A stretch of DNA of 64,000 nt from Octopus vulgaris (taxonomy: Eukaryota), in the NCBI GenBank assembly GCA_951406725.2, contig OX597836.1, forward strand, positions 1,302,001 to 1,366,000, given 5' to 3'. Within the stretch, counting starts at the first letter, position 1, and each line of letters opens with the position of its first letter. This document shows, in pieces, positions 14,960 through 28,516 of this stretch. The translations under genes and the position numbers were made by a program. The notes beneath the pieces were generated by a model, which did not search any database, was not told where the DNA came from, and saw only the letters and a program-made list of their open reading frames with translations.

Positions 14960-15434
14960 GAAGGCGCGTGGCTTAGCGGTTAGAGCATTCGGTTCACTGT
15001 CGTTAGGACACGTATACGATTCTCGGAGGCGGAGTGTGTCCTTGAGCAAGACACTTTATTTCATGTTGCTGCAGTCCACTCAGCTAGCAAAAATCTGAAA
15101 GACCACAACCTTTCCGGTATCTGAAAGGCCACCACATTTCCTGTATCTGAAAGGGGACAACCGTTATGGGATCAGAGAAGAGACAACCTTTCCTGTATCT
15201 GAAAGGGGACAACCGTTCCGGTATCTGAGAGGAGACAACCTTTACGGGATCAGAGAAGGGTCAACTTTCCGGTATCTGAGAGGGGACAACCTTGTCACAT
15301 TCTGTGTCACATTACGAATCTTCACTACAACTGCGTCAAGTGTGCGAGTGTCTACTCGTTAGTCTGAGGAGTGGCTTGTTCCTTTGATCGGATCAAATGG
15401 TAACCTCGTCGTCGCAACCGACGGAGTGCCAGTT
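14960..15434 (+). mobile_element. SINE family C (tRNA head plus CCTTGAGCAAGACACTTTATTTCA domain) with internal 26-bp minisatellite
   Basis: GAAGGCGCGTGGCTTAGCGGTTAG head, shared with 26695, 16702 and 35122(-); tail CCTCGTCGTCGCAACCGACGGA shared with 34853(-). Confidence 0.8.
15095..15293. repeat. 26-bp minisatellite, 7 full copies plus 1 partial
   Basis: Consensus CTGAAAGGGGACAACCTTTCCGGTAT; units start at 15095, 15121, 15147, 15173, 15199, 15225, 15251 and 15276. Confidence 0.9.
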
Positions 15435-16286
15435 AGTTATGCCTAGCATTACGATGGCCAATGTGTCGATTCTAGAGAGTAAGCTTCCCATTTGAGGCAA
15501 ACATGGTTGCTATTCCCAGCAGGCTTCCGACCGCCTTCACGTTCTCTCTTGGACTAGTCAAAGTGGTACCCAACGCAGGAATAACGTTCTTGTTGTTGCA
15601 AACCTTGTTGATTTATTATTCATAGTGTTGATATCAACGTGGGCTGGCGATGGTCATAGACGTAGCAGTGGTAAATTCATTATCTCTATTGTTGCTGTTG
15701 TTGTTGTTATTTCTATGGTGCTGGTCATCATCATAGCAGTGATGTCAGGTCTACCGTTGTTGTTGTTGTTGTTCTTTTGTCGTCCATGTTGTTTTACAAT
15801 GCTTCTGATCTTAAGCGTAGTTCTTATAATATTGTATTTGTTACGATATCCGATCGGTTGGTGATGGCGTTGGTTGCTCAACGCTTTCGCTCTTACTGCA
15901 TATTTTACTTTCGCTATTTTCTTTCTATATTTTCCCACCCAAACTTTAATAATATTCCGTGTTTTATTACAAAATTTCTATCCTCCCAACACACAGCCAC
16001 CTCTCCTCTCCAATATCCTTCTGTACGGTGACGTTGTTATTGCTGGTGTCTTCTTCTTCTTCTTCTTCTTCTTCTTCTTCTTCTTCTTCTTCTTCTTCTC
16101 CTCCTTCCTCTTCTTCTTCTTCTCCTCCTTCCTCCTCCTCCTCTTCTTCTTCTTCTTCTTCTTCTTCTTCTCTTCCTCCTTCTTCAATTTCTCCCAACAA
16201 TTCATGTATGTATATCTATCTATATATCTATAAATAAATATATATATATATACACATGTACGTATGTATGTGTATAAATATAAATG

Positions 16287-16317
<31 letters not shown>

Positions 16318-16610
16318 GTATGTATATATATATATGTGTATGTGTAAATATATATGTATAAATACATATGTGTGTATATGTATGTGTGTGTGTATGTGTA
16401 TATTCCAAGGCATGGGAGAAAACAATACCAAGGGTTCCATGGTTAGTCTTAGGTAATATTCTCCCAAACGCGCTCAAAAGTTATGATTTCTTTTTGGTTA
16501 CGAGAAAGGTGGACCGAGAGAGAGAGAGAGAGAGAGCCTGAAGAGGAGGGAAATTCTGTTGCACAATATAAAAGAAATCTACAATATCTTGCGCATACAT
16601 ACACACACAC

Positions 16611-16651
<41 letters not shown>

Positions 16652-16701
16652 GTGTGACTATGTATGTGTGTATGTATGTATGTATGTGCGTGTGTGTTTG
16701 T

Positions 16702-16805
16702 GAAGGCGCATAGTCTAGTATTTAAGGTGTTGCGCTCACGATCGCAAGATCCTGGATTCGATTCCCAGACTGGCTTTGGGCTGTGATTTTTAGCAAAAAT
16801 ACTTT
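16702..16805 (+). mobile_element. SINE family C, head only
   Basis: GAAGGCGCATAGTCTAGT...CACGATCG...GATTCGATTCCC...TAGCAAAAATACTTT. Confidence 0.7.
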
Positions 16806-16861
16806 CTGAACCCGGCACCATGTGGTTGGGAAGCAAGCTACTTGCCACACATCCACCCCTG

Positions 16862-17075
16862 GGTCGACCATTTTTATTTGGAAGTCATCCAGAATTGTTT
16901 GGGTTTGGCTCGTTTACTAGAAGCCATTTAGCTGCAAGGTACAATAGCAATCAAAGTAAACGTCTCCCTCCTGGTATGCTTTGTCACCGTGCGTTCGGTC
17001 AAAGAGAGGTTCTACCTCTCGCCTCTTCTGTATGTGCTGGCTCTTGAAACACTACTGCGCAAGTTGGAACTGTTG
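16862..17075 (+). mobile_element. Tx1/L1-clade reverse transcriptase fragment
   Basis: Frameshifted translation VDHFYLEVI / LFGFGSFTRSHLAARY / RSVKERFYLSPLLYVLALETLLRKL, compared with DRVDH.YL...FGFG and RSVRQGCPLSPLLY.L.LEPL. Confidence 0.75.
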
Positions 17076-18254
17076 TAAGGGACCCGGTAGGTCATGTTGT
17101 GGATCCTATAGAAGTGGAAGCTGTCGGCAACATTCGAAAGCAATACAAGGCAGGGCTAAATCTAAGGTGAACGTAAATATTCCATTAGCGGTTCACGATA
17201 AACGTTAAAGGCACGAAATGTCGTAAGATGGTCCTGCTTTACATGCATGCAGAGCAGTGAAACTGTTGTGTTGAGACTCATTTAATATCTGGGCATTTCA
17301 GACTTGTGAAGGTAAGTCGAATAGCCGCTATTGCATATGTGTGAATCCGGCAATCATCCGAGATTATTCTCGTGATTGCCCAGCCACTCCCATTCCACTG
17401 TGCAAGGAGAGGGCTCTGCTCTCTCTGGGAAAGCGGTTGGGAAAAAAGTTGTGTGGCGGTCGAATTTGAAAGATACGAGGACAAAAGCTGTAATGCTTAG
17501 TAGAATAAAATCTCTGTCATTTTCAAATGGAACGGAAGCAAACCAAAAACAAAAAAAAAAGCATGAGCGAAGGGACAAGCATTATTTTCAAACGAATATT
17601 TTGAAAGATGGGCAAGAGTGGATGGGTCCCCTCTAAATATAGCCGTTAAGTTAGAGGGTGTGGAAAGGAAACTTTGCACTGGTCTTCAGAGAGATGTTCA
17701 TCCGTGGAGTTACCTCGACGGGCCTTAGTAGACATCTTGTATCGAAAGGACCGTATCAGCAGCATCATTATCTTTTTTTTATATATTGTATATCCTATTT
17801 ATACTATTTCTTTTTTGTTTCATCCATTCAATGTAAACCCCTTGCACTTTATGTTGGCCCTTGTACCGACCGCCACCCTCATCTGGTCGCCCTAGTGGGG
17901 AGCTGAAGAAATTATGATCCTTATTAATACATAAGAAGTTCATCTTATCGCATTTCTGTGCGTCTCCTCCTCCTCCTTGTCATTCGCCATGTCATCCTCA
18001 AATTACAACTCACCTCATTTTCTAATCTTTATACAATCTCCCTTTTATCCGACGCCCCTGTGGCAAATTAAAAACAAATCATCAATCATCATCATCATCA
18101 TCATAAACAGCAGCAGCAGTAGCAGCGTCATCGTCGTTGTTCCCCTCTCCCTCCATGACCTCCTCCTCATAATCATCTTTGGTACTTTTAACTATATACG
18201 AAGAAGGATCCAGATAAACTACTACATTTTCTTCTTTTTCTTCTTTTTTTTCTT

Positions 18255-18295
<41 letters not shown>

Positions 18296-18628
18296 GCTTC
18301 CGGTGTCAACTGTGAAAGTCTTCAAGTTGAAAGCTCCATTGCTTTAAACCCGATCAATAACAATTTCCACACCAACGCCCCCACCTCCAACCACCAACTG
18401 CGATTTATTTTAGAAAAAAAAACAACAAAAACTCATGCATTTCTCTGAATATGAACCTAATATGGCCCCACCCCCTCCTCCCTGATTCCTTCTTCCCCAC
18501 CTCCCACCTCTCCCCTCGTTTCACTCCTCTTTGACACATCGTCTCACCTCACCGCCACCCCACCCCCACCCGTCACCACACACTTTCAACCATCACTCAA
18601 TACTGCAACCATGCTACTGCTGTTGCTG

Positions 18629-18686
<58 letters not shown>

Positions 18687-18805
18687 ATGGTTGCTTTCCT
18701 TCTTTCACCTTTGCAATATTAAATTTATATTCTAATATATCAATTTATAATTTTTTTACATCGTTTCAAAATTATATTATAATTATCACTCCTCTTCTCC
18801 TTCTC

Positions 18806-18836
<31 letters not shown>

Positions 18837-18862
18837 TTCTCCTTCTTCTTCTTCTCCTTCTC

Positions 18863-18893
<31 letters not shown>

Positions 18894-19129
18894 TTCTTCT
18901 TCTTCTTCCTCATGCTCTTCTTTTCTTCTTCCTCTCTTATTTCCTTATAATTTTCTTCGTTATTTCCTTCTAATGATTCTCATCTTCTCTCACTTCTCCT
19001 CCCACATTTCCTATATCCTTGCTGCTGCTCCTCCCCCTCTAGTCCTTCATCATCATCATCTTCATCTTCATCGTCTTTAATAGTAATTTAAAAAAATTAT
19101 GCATATATATATATGTATATTTGTATGCT

Positions 19130-19320
19130 TTCATTATTTTGCGTGTTTCAGTCATTTGACTGCAACCCTGCTGGAACGCTGGCTTCAGCCGACAAATAGA
19201 CCCCAAGAGTAGTACTGATTCTATCGGTCCGTTTTGCCTACCCGTTAAGTTATGGGGACACAGACACAACAGCATCGGTTGTCAAACGAAGTTGGCGGGT
19301 GGGGTGGTGGGGGTGAGGGT
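19130..19320 (-). mobile_element. SINE family B, 3' half
   Basis: GTTTCAGTCATTTGACTGC...TCTATCGGTC...GTTTTGCC...CAGCATCGGTTGTCAA is the reverse complement of the family B tail. Confidence 0.8.
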
Positions 19321-19354
19321 AGAAGGACTAAACACACACACATGTATACACACG

Positions 19355-19387
<33 letters not shown>

Positions 19388-19454
19388 GCATATATGTATA
19401 TAATTCTCTGACAGTCTGTCTTCTCCTTGATTTTCTAAGGCTCAACGTTAAAAA

Positions 19455-20112
<658 letters not shown>

Positions 20113-20639
20113 TTCACGGACATATATGTAGGCTGATACAGATGGGTGTGTGTGTGTTCTGAAGCATTAAAAGATGAAGACTGTAATACGATTTATTCAT
20201 TTGTATCTCACAACTCATTTCTCTCCCTCCGTGTTTGGATGAGTGTGTATATGCGTGTGTGTCTCATTTTTCTGCTTTCCATTTTCCTTTTTGTACTAAT
20301 TTCTTGCCTCTTTCACACTAAATTGTCTTTTACAATTTCATTCTTTTACGCAATCTTCTTCGCTTCCATCTTTATCTTTATCTCCTCTCCTCCTCCTCCT
20401 CCCATCTGCTTCCCCTCCTACATCTCCCCTCCACTTTCCCTCCGCCATCTCCTCATTATCATCATCCTCATTATCAATGTCGCTATCCGCGTCGTTGTTG
20501 TTTTCTTCTTCTTCTTCTTCTTCTTCTTCTTCTACTTCACATTTGTATTGTCTTCAGGCTTAGTGACAACATGTCTCCTCAAAATTCAGCGATCTTCTTT
20601 GTTTTTTTTAATTTTTTTTTTTTGCCGAATACAAAACTA

Positions 20640-21197
20640 GAGTTTCCCCGAGTTTCAGTCCCAATATCCTTCATTCACTTATGTAACAGTTTTGACTTAC
20701 TGCCAAGCGCACCAATTATCACTGGAGGAGTTTTCATCTCAGAATTCCACAATCTCTTCAGATCTCCGGATAGGTGTTGATATTTCGCATACTTGCCAAT
20801 CATTCTGATATTTAAATTGATATACACAATGAGACAGTATTCGAAAGTTTATGGTCTGACTTTTGTTTTCTATAACCATACGCGCTCTTTCTGTTTCAAA
20901 AGCACGATCAGTTTTTTAGGGGAAAACCCATAAATGATGGTAATTTTCACAGTCCTGTTCACATCACTTTTCCATCACTTTGAATCTATACACCTGGCAA
21001 ATCATCCAATATAGTTCTTTACCTGTGCATTAATGTCAGTGCTTACGCTACGTTTGTGATAACTTCTGCAGTCACTCAAAACATGGTAAATGTCTACGCA
21101 CCCTTTTACACTGATTCTGCGTTTGCTCTCTGACTGAGTCTTATCAATGCTTGCTTTTATCGTATTCATCGTAACGGCTCGTTCTTAAACTGCTCTC
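20640..21197 (-). mobile_element. Decayed R4/Dong-like LINE C-terminus (zinc-knuckle and RLE region)
   Basis: Minus-strand translation: AVTMNTIKASIDKTQSESK...IYHVLSDCR...GKELYWMICQVY...PVIIGALG. Confidence 0.75.
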
Positions 21198-21219
21198 GTC
21201 GTTGTTATTATCATGAATG

Positions 21220-21430
21220 TGGCGAATTGGCAGTATCATTAGCACGCCGGACGAAATGCTAAGCGGCATTTCGCCTATCGTTATGTTCTGAGTTCAAATT
21301 CCACCGAGGTCGACTTTACCTTTCAACCTTTCGGGGTCGATAAATCAAGTACCAGTTGGATACTAGGGTTGATCTAATCGACTTAACCCCTTCCTCAAAA
21401 TTTCAGGCCTTGTACTTATAGTAGAAAGGA
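21220..21430 (+). mobile_element. SINE family A
   Basis: Full head and core. Confidence 0.9.
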
Positions 21431-21459
21431 CTGTTGTTATTGTTATTATTATTATTATT

Positions 21460-21650
21460 CAGTAGTTTTATTTTTATAGCGTGCTTTCACTTCACTACCG
21501 AGCGCAGCTCTGTGTGCCTTGGGTATGTGCTGTGATTTGTTGTGATGCTCTGATGGTTATTGTATGGAAAGTGTTCTGCGTAGGATGTGTGCAGTGCCTA
21601 GTAGTGCAATTTTCTGTATGTTATATGTGTTTGTAAGTCCTGGTGTTTTA
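21460..21650 (-). mobile_element. Extreme 3' end of an R4/Dong-like LINE within (TAA)n
   Basis: Minus translation KTPGLTNTYNIQKIALLGTAHILRRTLSIQ* matches the QK..LLGTA.ILR terminal motif; (TTA)n on both flanks. Confidence 0.85.
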
Positions 21651-21669
21651 TTATTATTATTATTATGGA

Positions 21670-21886
21670 ACTTGTGAGCTGGCAGAATCGTTAGCACGCC
21701 GGACGAAATTCTCAGCGGCAATTTGCTTATCGTTACGTTCTGAGTTTAAATTCCGACGAGGTCGGCTTTGCCTTTTACCTTTTCGGGAGACAATAAAATA
21801 AGTACCAGTAAAACACTAGGGTCGATGTAAACGACTAGTCCCCTCCCCACACATTTTAGGCCTTGTGTCTCCAGTGGAAAGGATTA
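21670..21886 (+). mobile_element. SINE family A
   Basis: GAGCTGGCAGAATCGTTAGCACGCCGGACGAAA head and core. Confidence 0.9.
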
Positions 21887-22895
21887 TCATCGTCCTCATC
21901 GTTTTAGTTGTTGTTATTAAAATTTCAAATACGCAAATGTGCACGTGAAAGACATTTTATTGAGATTAAATTTACGACGTACACACACACACACACACAC
22001 ACACACATATGTACATTCGTATACATATGCACATACATATACTTACATATATACGTGGATATGCATATATACGTGGGAATTTGTACATTTGTATATACGT
22101 AGGAATTTGTACATGCAGACACACACACACATACACACACACACATACACACACACACATACACACACATATATAAATATGCAACTGTGTCTGATTACCT
22201 GAGTTACCTGCATTCGAGAAACAGTTTCTATTTAGCCATTTTTAATTGTTGTATATTTTCGTGAAATTGCTTTTCTACGCGGTTGTTTGTGTTGTGCGAT
22301 GGCTGCCTTAATTAGCTGTTAGAGATCTTCGCGTTTATGATTGTCACAATGACTGCCAGAACGTAAACAAACACGTCCCCTCGCAATTATCCCAAGCAGA
22401 AAAAAAACAAAACAAAACAGATTAATAGCTAAAAACACACAAAAAAAACATATCTAAAACAACAAAAATATATATATAATAATAAGCAAAGGGAATAATT
22501 AAACAAAAACGGGAAAAAGGAAATATGAAGTTTACAGTTATATAAGTGAAGAGGCAAAATATTTTATAGGACAAAAACAAACAAGGCGGGGACGGACAAT
22601 GTAAAGAATAACGAATGTAGGAGAAGCACCGTCTGCACCAGCCCCGCCACAGTTACCTCCCCACTATCATCACCACCACCTCCATCACCACCACTATCAC
22701 CACCGCCGTCGCCGTCGTCGGCAGTACCGCAACCATCCCCGCCACCACAACAATGTCAAAGTTTCATCGTTTACAAAACTTTCTTTTATTTACGCAGAAG
22801 TACTTGTTACACAGGAAGAGAACAGTGGAAAACGGTTGATCTGTTTTGCGGTCCATAGTAATGAGAGAGAGAGGGAGAGAGAGGAAGATAGGAGA

Positions 22896-22934
<39 letters not shown>

Positions 22935-23513
22935 CTTCGTGGGTTGACTATTTACTGGGGAAGTTTATATTTATCTTTATTAAACATGTTTATGATCAAC
23001 AAATCGGTAATTTACCCACAAACATCGTCTCACAGTATTTCGGTTAAATAATACACACACATACATACACACATGCATACATACATACATACATACATAC
23101 ATACATACATACATACATACATACATACATACATACATACATACATACATACATACGGCTGTGTCAGAATGGAGCATGCAAAAATGCTGACAAACTGACA
23201 AGCTGAAATGCCAGAATGCCTCCAACATATATATCAGAACTGGCAGAACGGTAACTGCGTTAACAACCCATCAACCAATAAATAAATGCAAACTATTCCA
23301 ATGTATGTATGTATGTATGTATCTTTCTATAAATACATACGTACATACATATATATATATATCCAATCACTCGGCCTTTGAGACACTCTGTTGTTTCTGC
23401 TAAACACACACACACACACACATACACACACGCCCAAACACACACACACACACACACATGCATTCATGCTTTCGGTTCTATTTTTCCTGTTTGATTCACC
23501 TAACATATATACA

Positions 23514-23780
23514 ACAAAACAACATACCATAACCTTACAGTATGGCGTGAAAGGAACATCCGACCATTTGTTGTAAACAAGAGAAGAACGATTACCAAGG
23601 TTACCATTCTGCCTGCTTCCATCTCTTGCTATCGTTTATGGCACCCTTTTCTGAATTCCTCGTATTTCGTAAGTCACTTAAAGAGCTTTCGTTTCTTTTT
23701 TGCTTTGCCGTGGTCTGATATGTAAAGTAGCGATATGATTTATGGCCGTAAGAGGCTGAGCTGTTTTCGAGGTTTCTGTA
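23514..23780 (+). repeat. Unique-sequence duplication, copy 1 (copy 2 at 31197-31466)
   Basis: About 270 bp, differing by two substitutions and a small indel in a T-tract. Confidence 0.95.
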
Positions 23781-23831
23781 TCTCCCCATAGACACACACA
23801 CACACGTCCATTTGTATGCTCTTAATTATGT

Positions 23832-23832
<1 letters not shown>

Positions 23833-23880
<48 letters not shown>

Positions 23881-24018
23881 CATACACATATATACATATA
23901 TATATATGTACATATATATTTGTATATGTGTGTGTGTGTGTGTGTAAACACATACGCAAAAATGTGTAAATAAACGTATCCTGATATATAGATACGTAAG
24001 CCCGCATGTATGTATATA

Positions 24019-24061
<43 letters not shown>

Positions 24062-24087
24062 ATATATATATGTATATATATATATGT

Positions 24088-24127
<40 letters not shown>

Positions 24128-24142
24128 GTATATATATATATG

Positions 24143-24189
<47 letters not shown>

Positions 24190-24200
24190 GTATATATATG

Positions 24201-24296
<96 letters not shown>
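23833..24296. repeat. (TA)n/(TATG)n array
   Basis: Direct inspection. Confidence 0.95.
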
Positions 24297-24297
<1 letters not shown>

Positions 24298-24936
24298 GCT
24301 TATACGCACGCTTTTGAAAAGTGACGTACCATGGTAAGGTAAAGAATATTCTCGAATTATTGCAACCTAATTCGTTCTTGAAATCTGTGTGAAGAGAACC
24401 CGTGTCGTTACACATTTGAAAATGTCTGCCTTCTTTTTCTCAAATATTAATTTTGTTGTTGTTTCTCTTGAACGATGACCTCATCCGCTGTAGACGTAAG
24501 AAGTAATTACCGAAAGCTTTATAGCTGTAAACTCAATAGAATGAAGAAGCGTATCTTCTACTCATTTTCAAACCCAGAATTAGATTGTAATCTATTTTAT
24601 GTATAAAATATTAAATATGAAAGAATGTGTTGTATTCAGCGCTCAGCCCTAAAAAAAAACCGCACAAAAACCATCAGGTGTACTGTTGGCGGATGTTAGG
24701 AAGCTTGGAAGTTTTGAAGGATGTAATCTCTCGACACCTAAAAATTGATGCAGCTATTTTATTTTTTTACCATGCTTCATCAATTCTGGGCGTGAAAAAA
24801 TATGTGAGTGTTTGTCCTGTTATATATATATATATACCCCTTATTCCTTCGAAATTAGGAATATGCAGCCTTCGAAACATATGTCGAAAATAAAATAAAG
24901 GAATTTTGTTAATTCGTCGTTCAACTCCATTCTTTC

Positions 24937-24968
<32 letters not shown>

Positions 24969-24969
24969 C

Positions 24970-26638
24970 CTATTGCCCATTTTTTAGGAGTGGGTGGCCA
25001 GATAAAGACACACACTAAGCATTCCATTTATTTCTCATTTCAAGGAGGCGAGCCCCGTTCTGTGCTCGGGTCAAGGCATAGAACGCAACCCCCAATATCA
25101 GCAGCAGGGCCTGGCAACATATGCTGGTTTGCCGCCGCCATACCATGCTGGTTCCAAAAACACTCTGCAAGTTTTCCTATCCTTTATAAACTCTCTGGCC
25201 TCTCTCGCTCCAACACCTCTAATCACCAAAGCTTTCTCCGCTCCATTCATCCACATAAACCAAGGTCTGCCTCTGATTCAGCTGCCTCCAAATTCTGCCT
25301 TCATCACCCTCCTCTCCTCATCCATCTTTTCCATGTGGACAAATCACCTCAACATTCGTCTATCTATTTTGGTTGTTTGTTTTCCTCTCATTCCTGCTCG
25401 CATTCGCACCTTCTCATTCCTCATCCTCTCCATCCGTGTCACACCAATCATAGCCATCAAACATCTCATCTCAAACACATCTAGTCACCTCTTTTCTACT
25501 TCTCTCAGACCCCACATCTCTGCACCATATAACATTGTCGGCACAATCACGCCCTCATACACACCTCTTTTCGCCTTCATTCTCAATCTTTTATCTCTCA
25601 GCATACCTTTCACAATTCCAAGTATCTTACTTCCCTCCCCCACTCTGTATCCCACCTCCTCAGCCAACCCACCCATCCACCGTTACATGTGATCCCAGAT
25701 ACTTTAAAACACTCACCTCCTCTAACATCTCACCATTTATACTCACACCCATCCTATCCTCTCCCAAACATCTCATCACCTTACTCCTAGCTACATTTAC
25801 TTTCAGTTTCCTCCTCTCACACATTCCTCCAAACTCTACCACCAGTCTCCTCATTTACTCTTCCGAATCCGCCACCAGTGCTCTATCATCAACAACTGAC
25901 TCACCTGCCATTTCTCTCCCTTCTCTCCCACCATTTGAACTCTCCTATCAAAGGTTCTAGCATTTACCTCTCTCACCACACCATCCATATATAAATTAAA
26001 CAGCCACGGAGACAACTCACACTCGTGTCTTAACCCCACTTTCACATCACACCTCTCACCACCCTCCCTTACGCAACCCTACTTTCTCTATAAAACCTCT
26101 AAACAGCTCTCAACAATCTACCATCCAATGTATTCAACCACAACACCTGCTACATTGTTTCCCTATCCACACGTCTCTAGGTCCATAAAGGTCCAATATA
26201 CATCTCTCCCTTTTACCACAAACTTCTCACACATCCGCCTTAATACAAATATTTGATCTCCACACCCCCTTCCACTCCTAAAACCCCACTGCTCCTCCCC
26301 TAGTACACTCCCTTCCTGGTTCCTCTCCCTAACAATCAGAATTCTCCCATACAATTTACCAACTGCACACCAGACTCATACCCCTAAAATTTCCACACTC
26401 CCATTTATCCCCTTTCTCCTTGAACAGTGACACTATACAGGCACTGCGCCAGTCGTTTGGTACTCTTTCAGCCATAGAGCAAACATTCATAAGTCTCACT
26501 AACCATTCCTCCTTTCTTCAAGCATTCCACTGTATATCCATCTCTACCTGGTGCCTTCCAGGTAGGGATGGATATACAGAGATGTCATCTGCCGCAAGGA
26601 TTCCCTCACTCTTCCACTCCTCCCTTCCAAATGCACCG
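24970..26638 (-). mobile_element. 5'-truncated, frameshifted RTE-clade LINE (RT domain, C-terminus, 3' UTR)
   Basis: KAPGRDG; LGEEQWGFRSGRGCGDQIFVLR...FMDLE; VGLRHECELSPWLFNLYMDGVVREV; LKVNVARSKVM; LKYLGS; VPTMLYGAEMW. Flanked by (TA)n. Confidence 0.92.
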
Positions 26639-26646
26639 TATATATA

Positions 26647-26694
<48 letters not shown>

Positions 26695-27033
26695 AAGGCG
26701 CATGGCTCTGTGGTTAGGAAGTCGAGCCCACGATCGTGAGGTTGTGAACTTGAATCCTAAACCGGGTTGCGTGTTGTCTTCTTGAGCAAGATACTTTATT
26801 TCACGTTGCTCCAGTTCACTCAGCTGTAGAAATGAGTTGCGACGTCACAGGTGCCAAGCTGTATCGACCCCTTTGCCTTCCCCTTGTATAACACTCGTGG
26901 CGTGGAGAGGAGAGGCCGGTGTGCAAGGGCGACTGCTGGTCTTCCATAAAACAACCTTGCCCAGACTGGTGCCTGGGAGGGTAACTTTCTAGGTGCAATC
27001 CCATGGTCTGTGTCGTGATCGAAGGGGGTTTCA

Positions 27034-27035
<2 letters not shown>
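26695..27035 (+). mobile_element. SINE family C-type, full length with alternative tail
   Basis: GAAGGCGCATGGCTCTGTGGTTAG head; CTTGAGCAAGATACTTTATTTCACGTTGCTCCAGTTCACTCAGCTG domain. Confidence 0.8.
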
Positions 27036-27079
<44 letters not shown>

Positions 27080-27084
27080 AAGTT

Positions 27085-27285
27085 TGTGTGTCTGTGTTTG
27101 TTCCCCCGCCATCGCTTGAAAACCGATGTTAGTGTGTTTACCTCCCCGTAACTTAGCGGTTCGGCAAAAGAGACCGTTAGAATAAGAACTAGGTTTACAA
27201 AGAATAAGTCCTGGGGTCGATTTGCTCGACTAAAAGCGGTGCTCCAGCATGGCCGCAGTCACATGACTTAAACAAGTAAAAGAAT
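27085..27285 (+). mobile_element. SINE family B, 3' half
   Basis: CCCCGTAACTTAGCGGTTCGGCAAAAGAGACC...GGTGCTCCAGCATGGCCGCAGTC. Confidence 0.85.
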
Positions 27286-27855
27286 AGAAGACTATACACA
27301 TCGTGCTGTGGAGTTCAATTATGCCTTTCATCCAATCAGTGTCGACCAAATAAGCACCAATTGAGCTTTGGTAATCAGTGTCTGTTTCCTGGGGTGTAAC
27401 ACTTAAACGATTCTCTGTGTCGCCAGAACGAAAGACCACCAATTGCTCGCTTCATACGACAGAATTCAGTTCATGATTTAGTTTAATTTGGTCAAATCAT
27501 TATCTATAGATGCGTACCTACCAGCATACATGCACTTCCATCTCTGTGCGCACGTGCGCTTGTGCACAGTGATGTATGGGACGATACACATATAAATGAT
27601 ATAACATTTAGTTCGAAAAATAGATTGATAGACAGATAGGGGCAGATAGGCACACAAAAGGCAGACGAATATACATACACACGTATCCACATATAAATGG
27701 TACTATGTGTTTGGGTGTGTGTGTGTGCACATATGTATATATACACATGTCTACATACACACAAGACACACATGCATAGAACAAACGTGTATACATATGC
27801 ATACATGTAAAATATATGTAGCCAGGATCGTATCTACTCCATTCCTTGTGTGTAT

Positions 27856-27888
<33 letters not shown>

Positions 27889-28430
27889 CATGTATGTATG
27901 TATGTATGTATGTATGTATGTATAGATCGAAAGCGAGAGGGAGGTAGAGAGAGGGAGAAAGGGAAAGAAGAAGAGGAGAGAGAGAGAGAGAGTGAGGGTA
28001 CGTGAGAAAGACTCACATATATCTACTTAAAGCGTATATATCAATCCCTACCTAACCTTATCAGTTCTTGAACAAAACACACACGACCCTACGTATACAC
28101 ACAGGCACAGACATACACACATATATATTGACGTACATTAATTTAAACTCGCTCCGACATCAAAGTAAGAACACAGTCCGTATTAGTGTAATGAAAGTTT
28201 GTTTGTAACGATCTCTTACTAAATTTCTCATCCGTAAGATGTCGCCACGTGCTAGCCAAAATTCCTCTTCCGCTTCCTGACACTATTGAGACGTTTTACG
28301 TCAGCTTCCTCCATATTACTAATTCAATAATCCCACGTTTCACCTCACTTATCGATCTCATATCTCACCTCATATATCGATCAAATTCCTCACCCCATAC
28401 TGCGTCTAGATAGTCTCTTTTATTTCTTTA

Positions 28431-28516
<86 letters not shown>

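Noticed and set aside
15095-15293. CRISPR-like periodicity
   Set aside because: Contiguous degenerate units with no unique spacers, no cas genes, and located inside a eukaryotic SINE.
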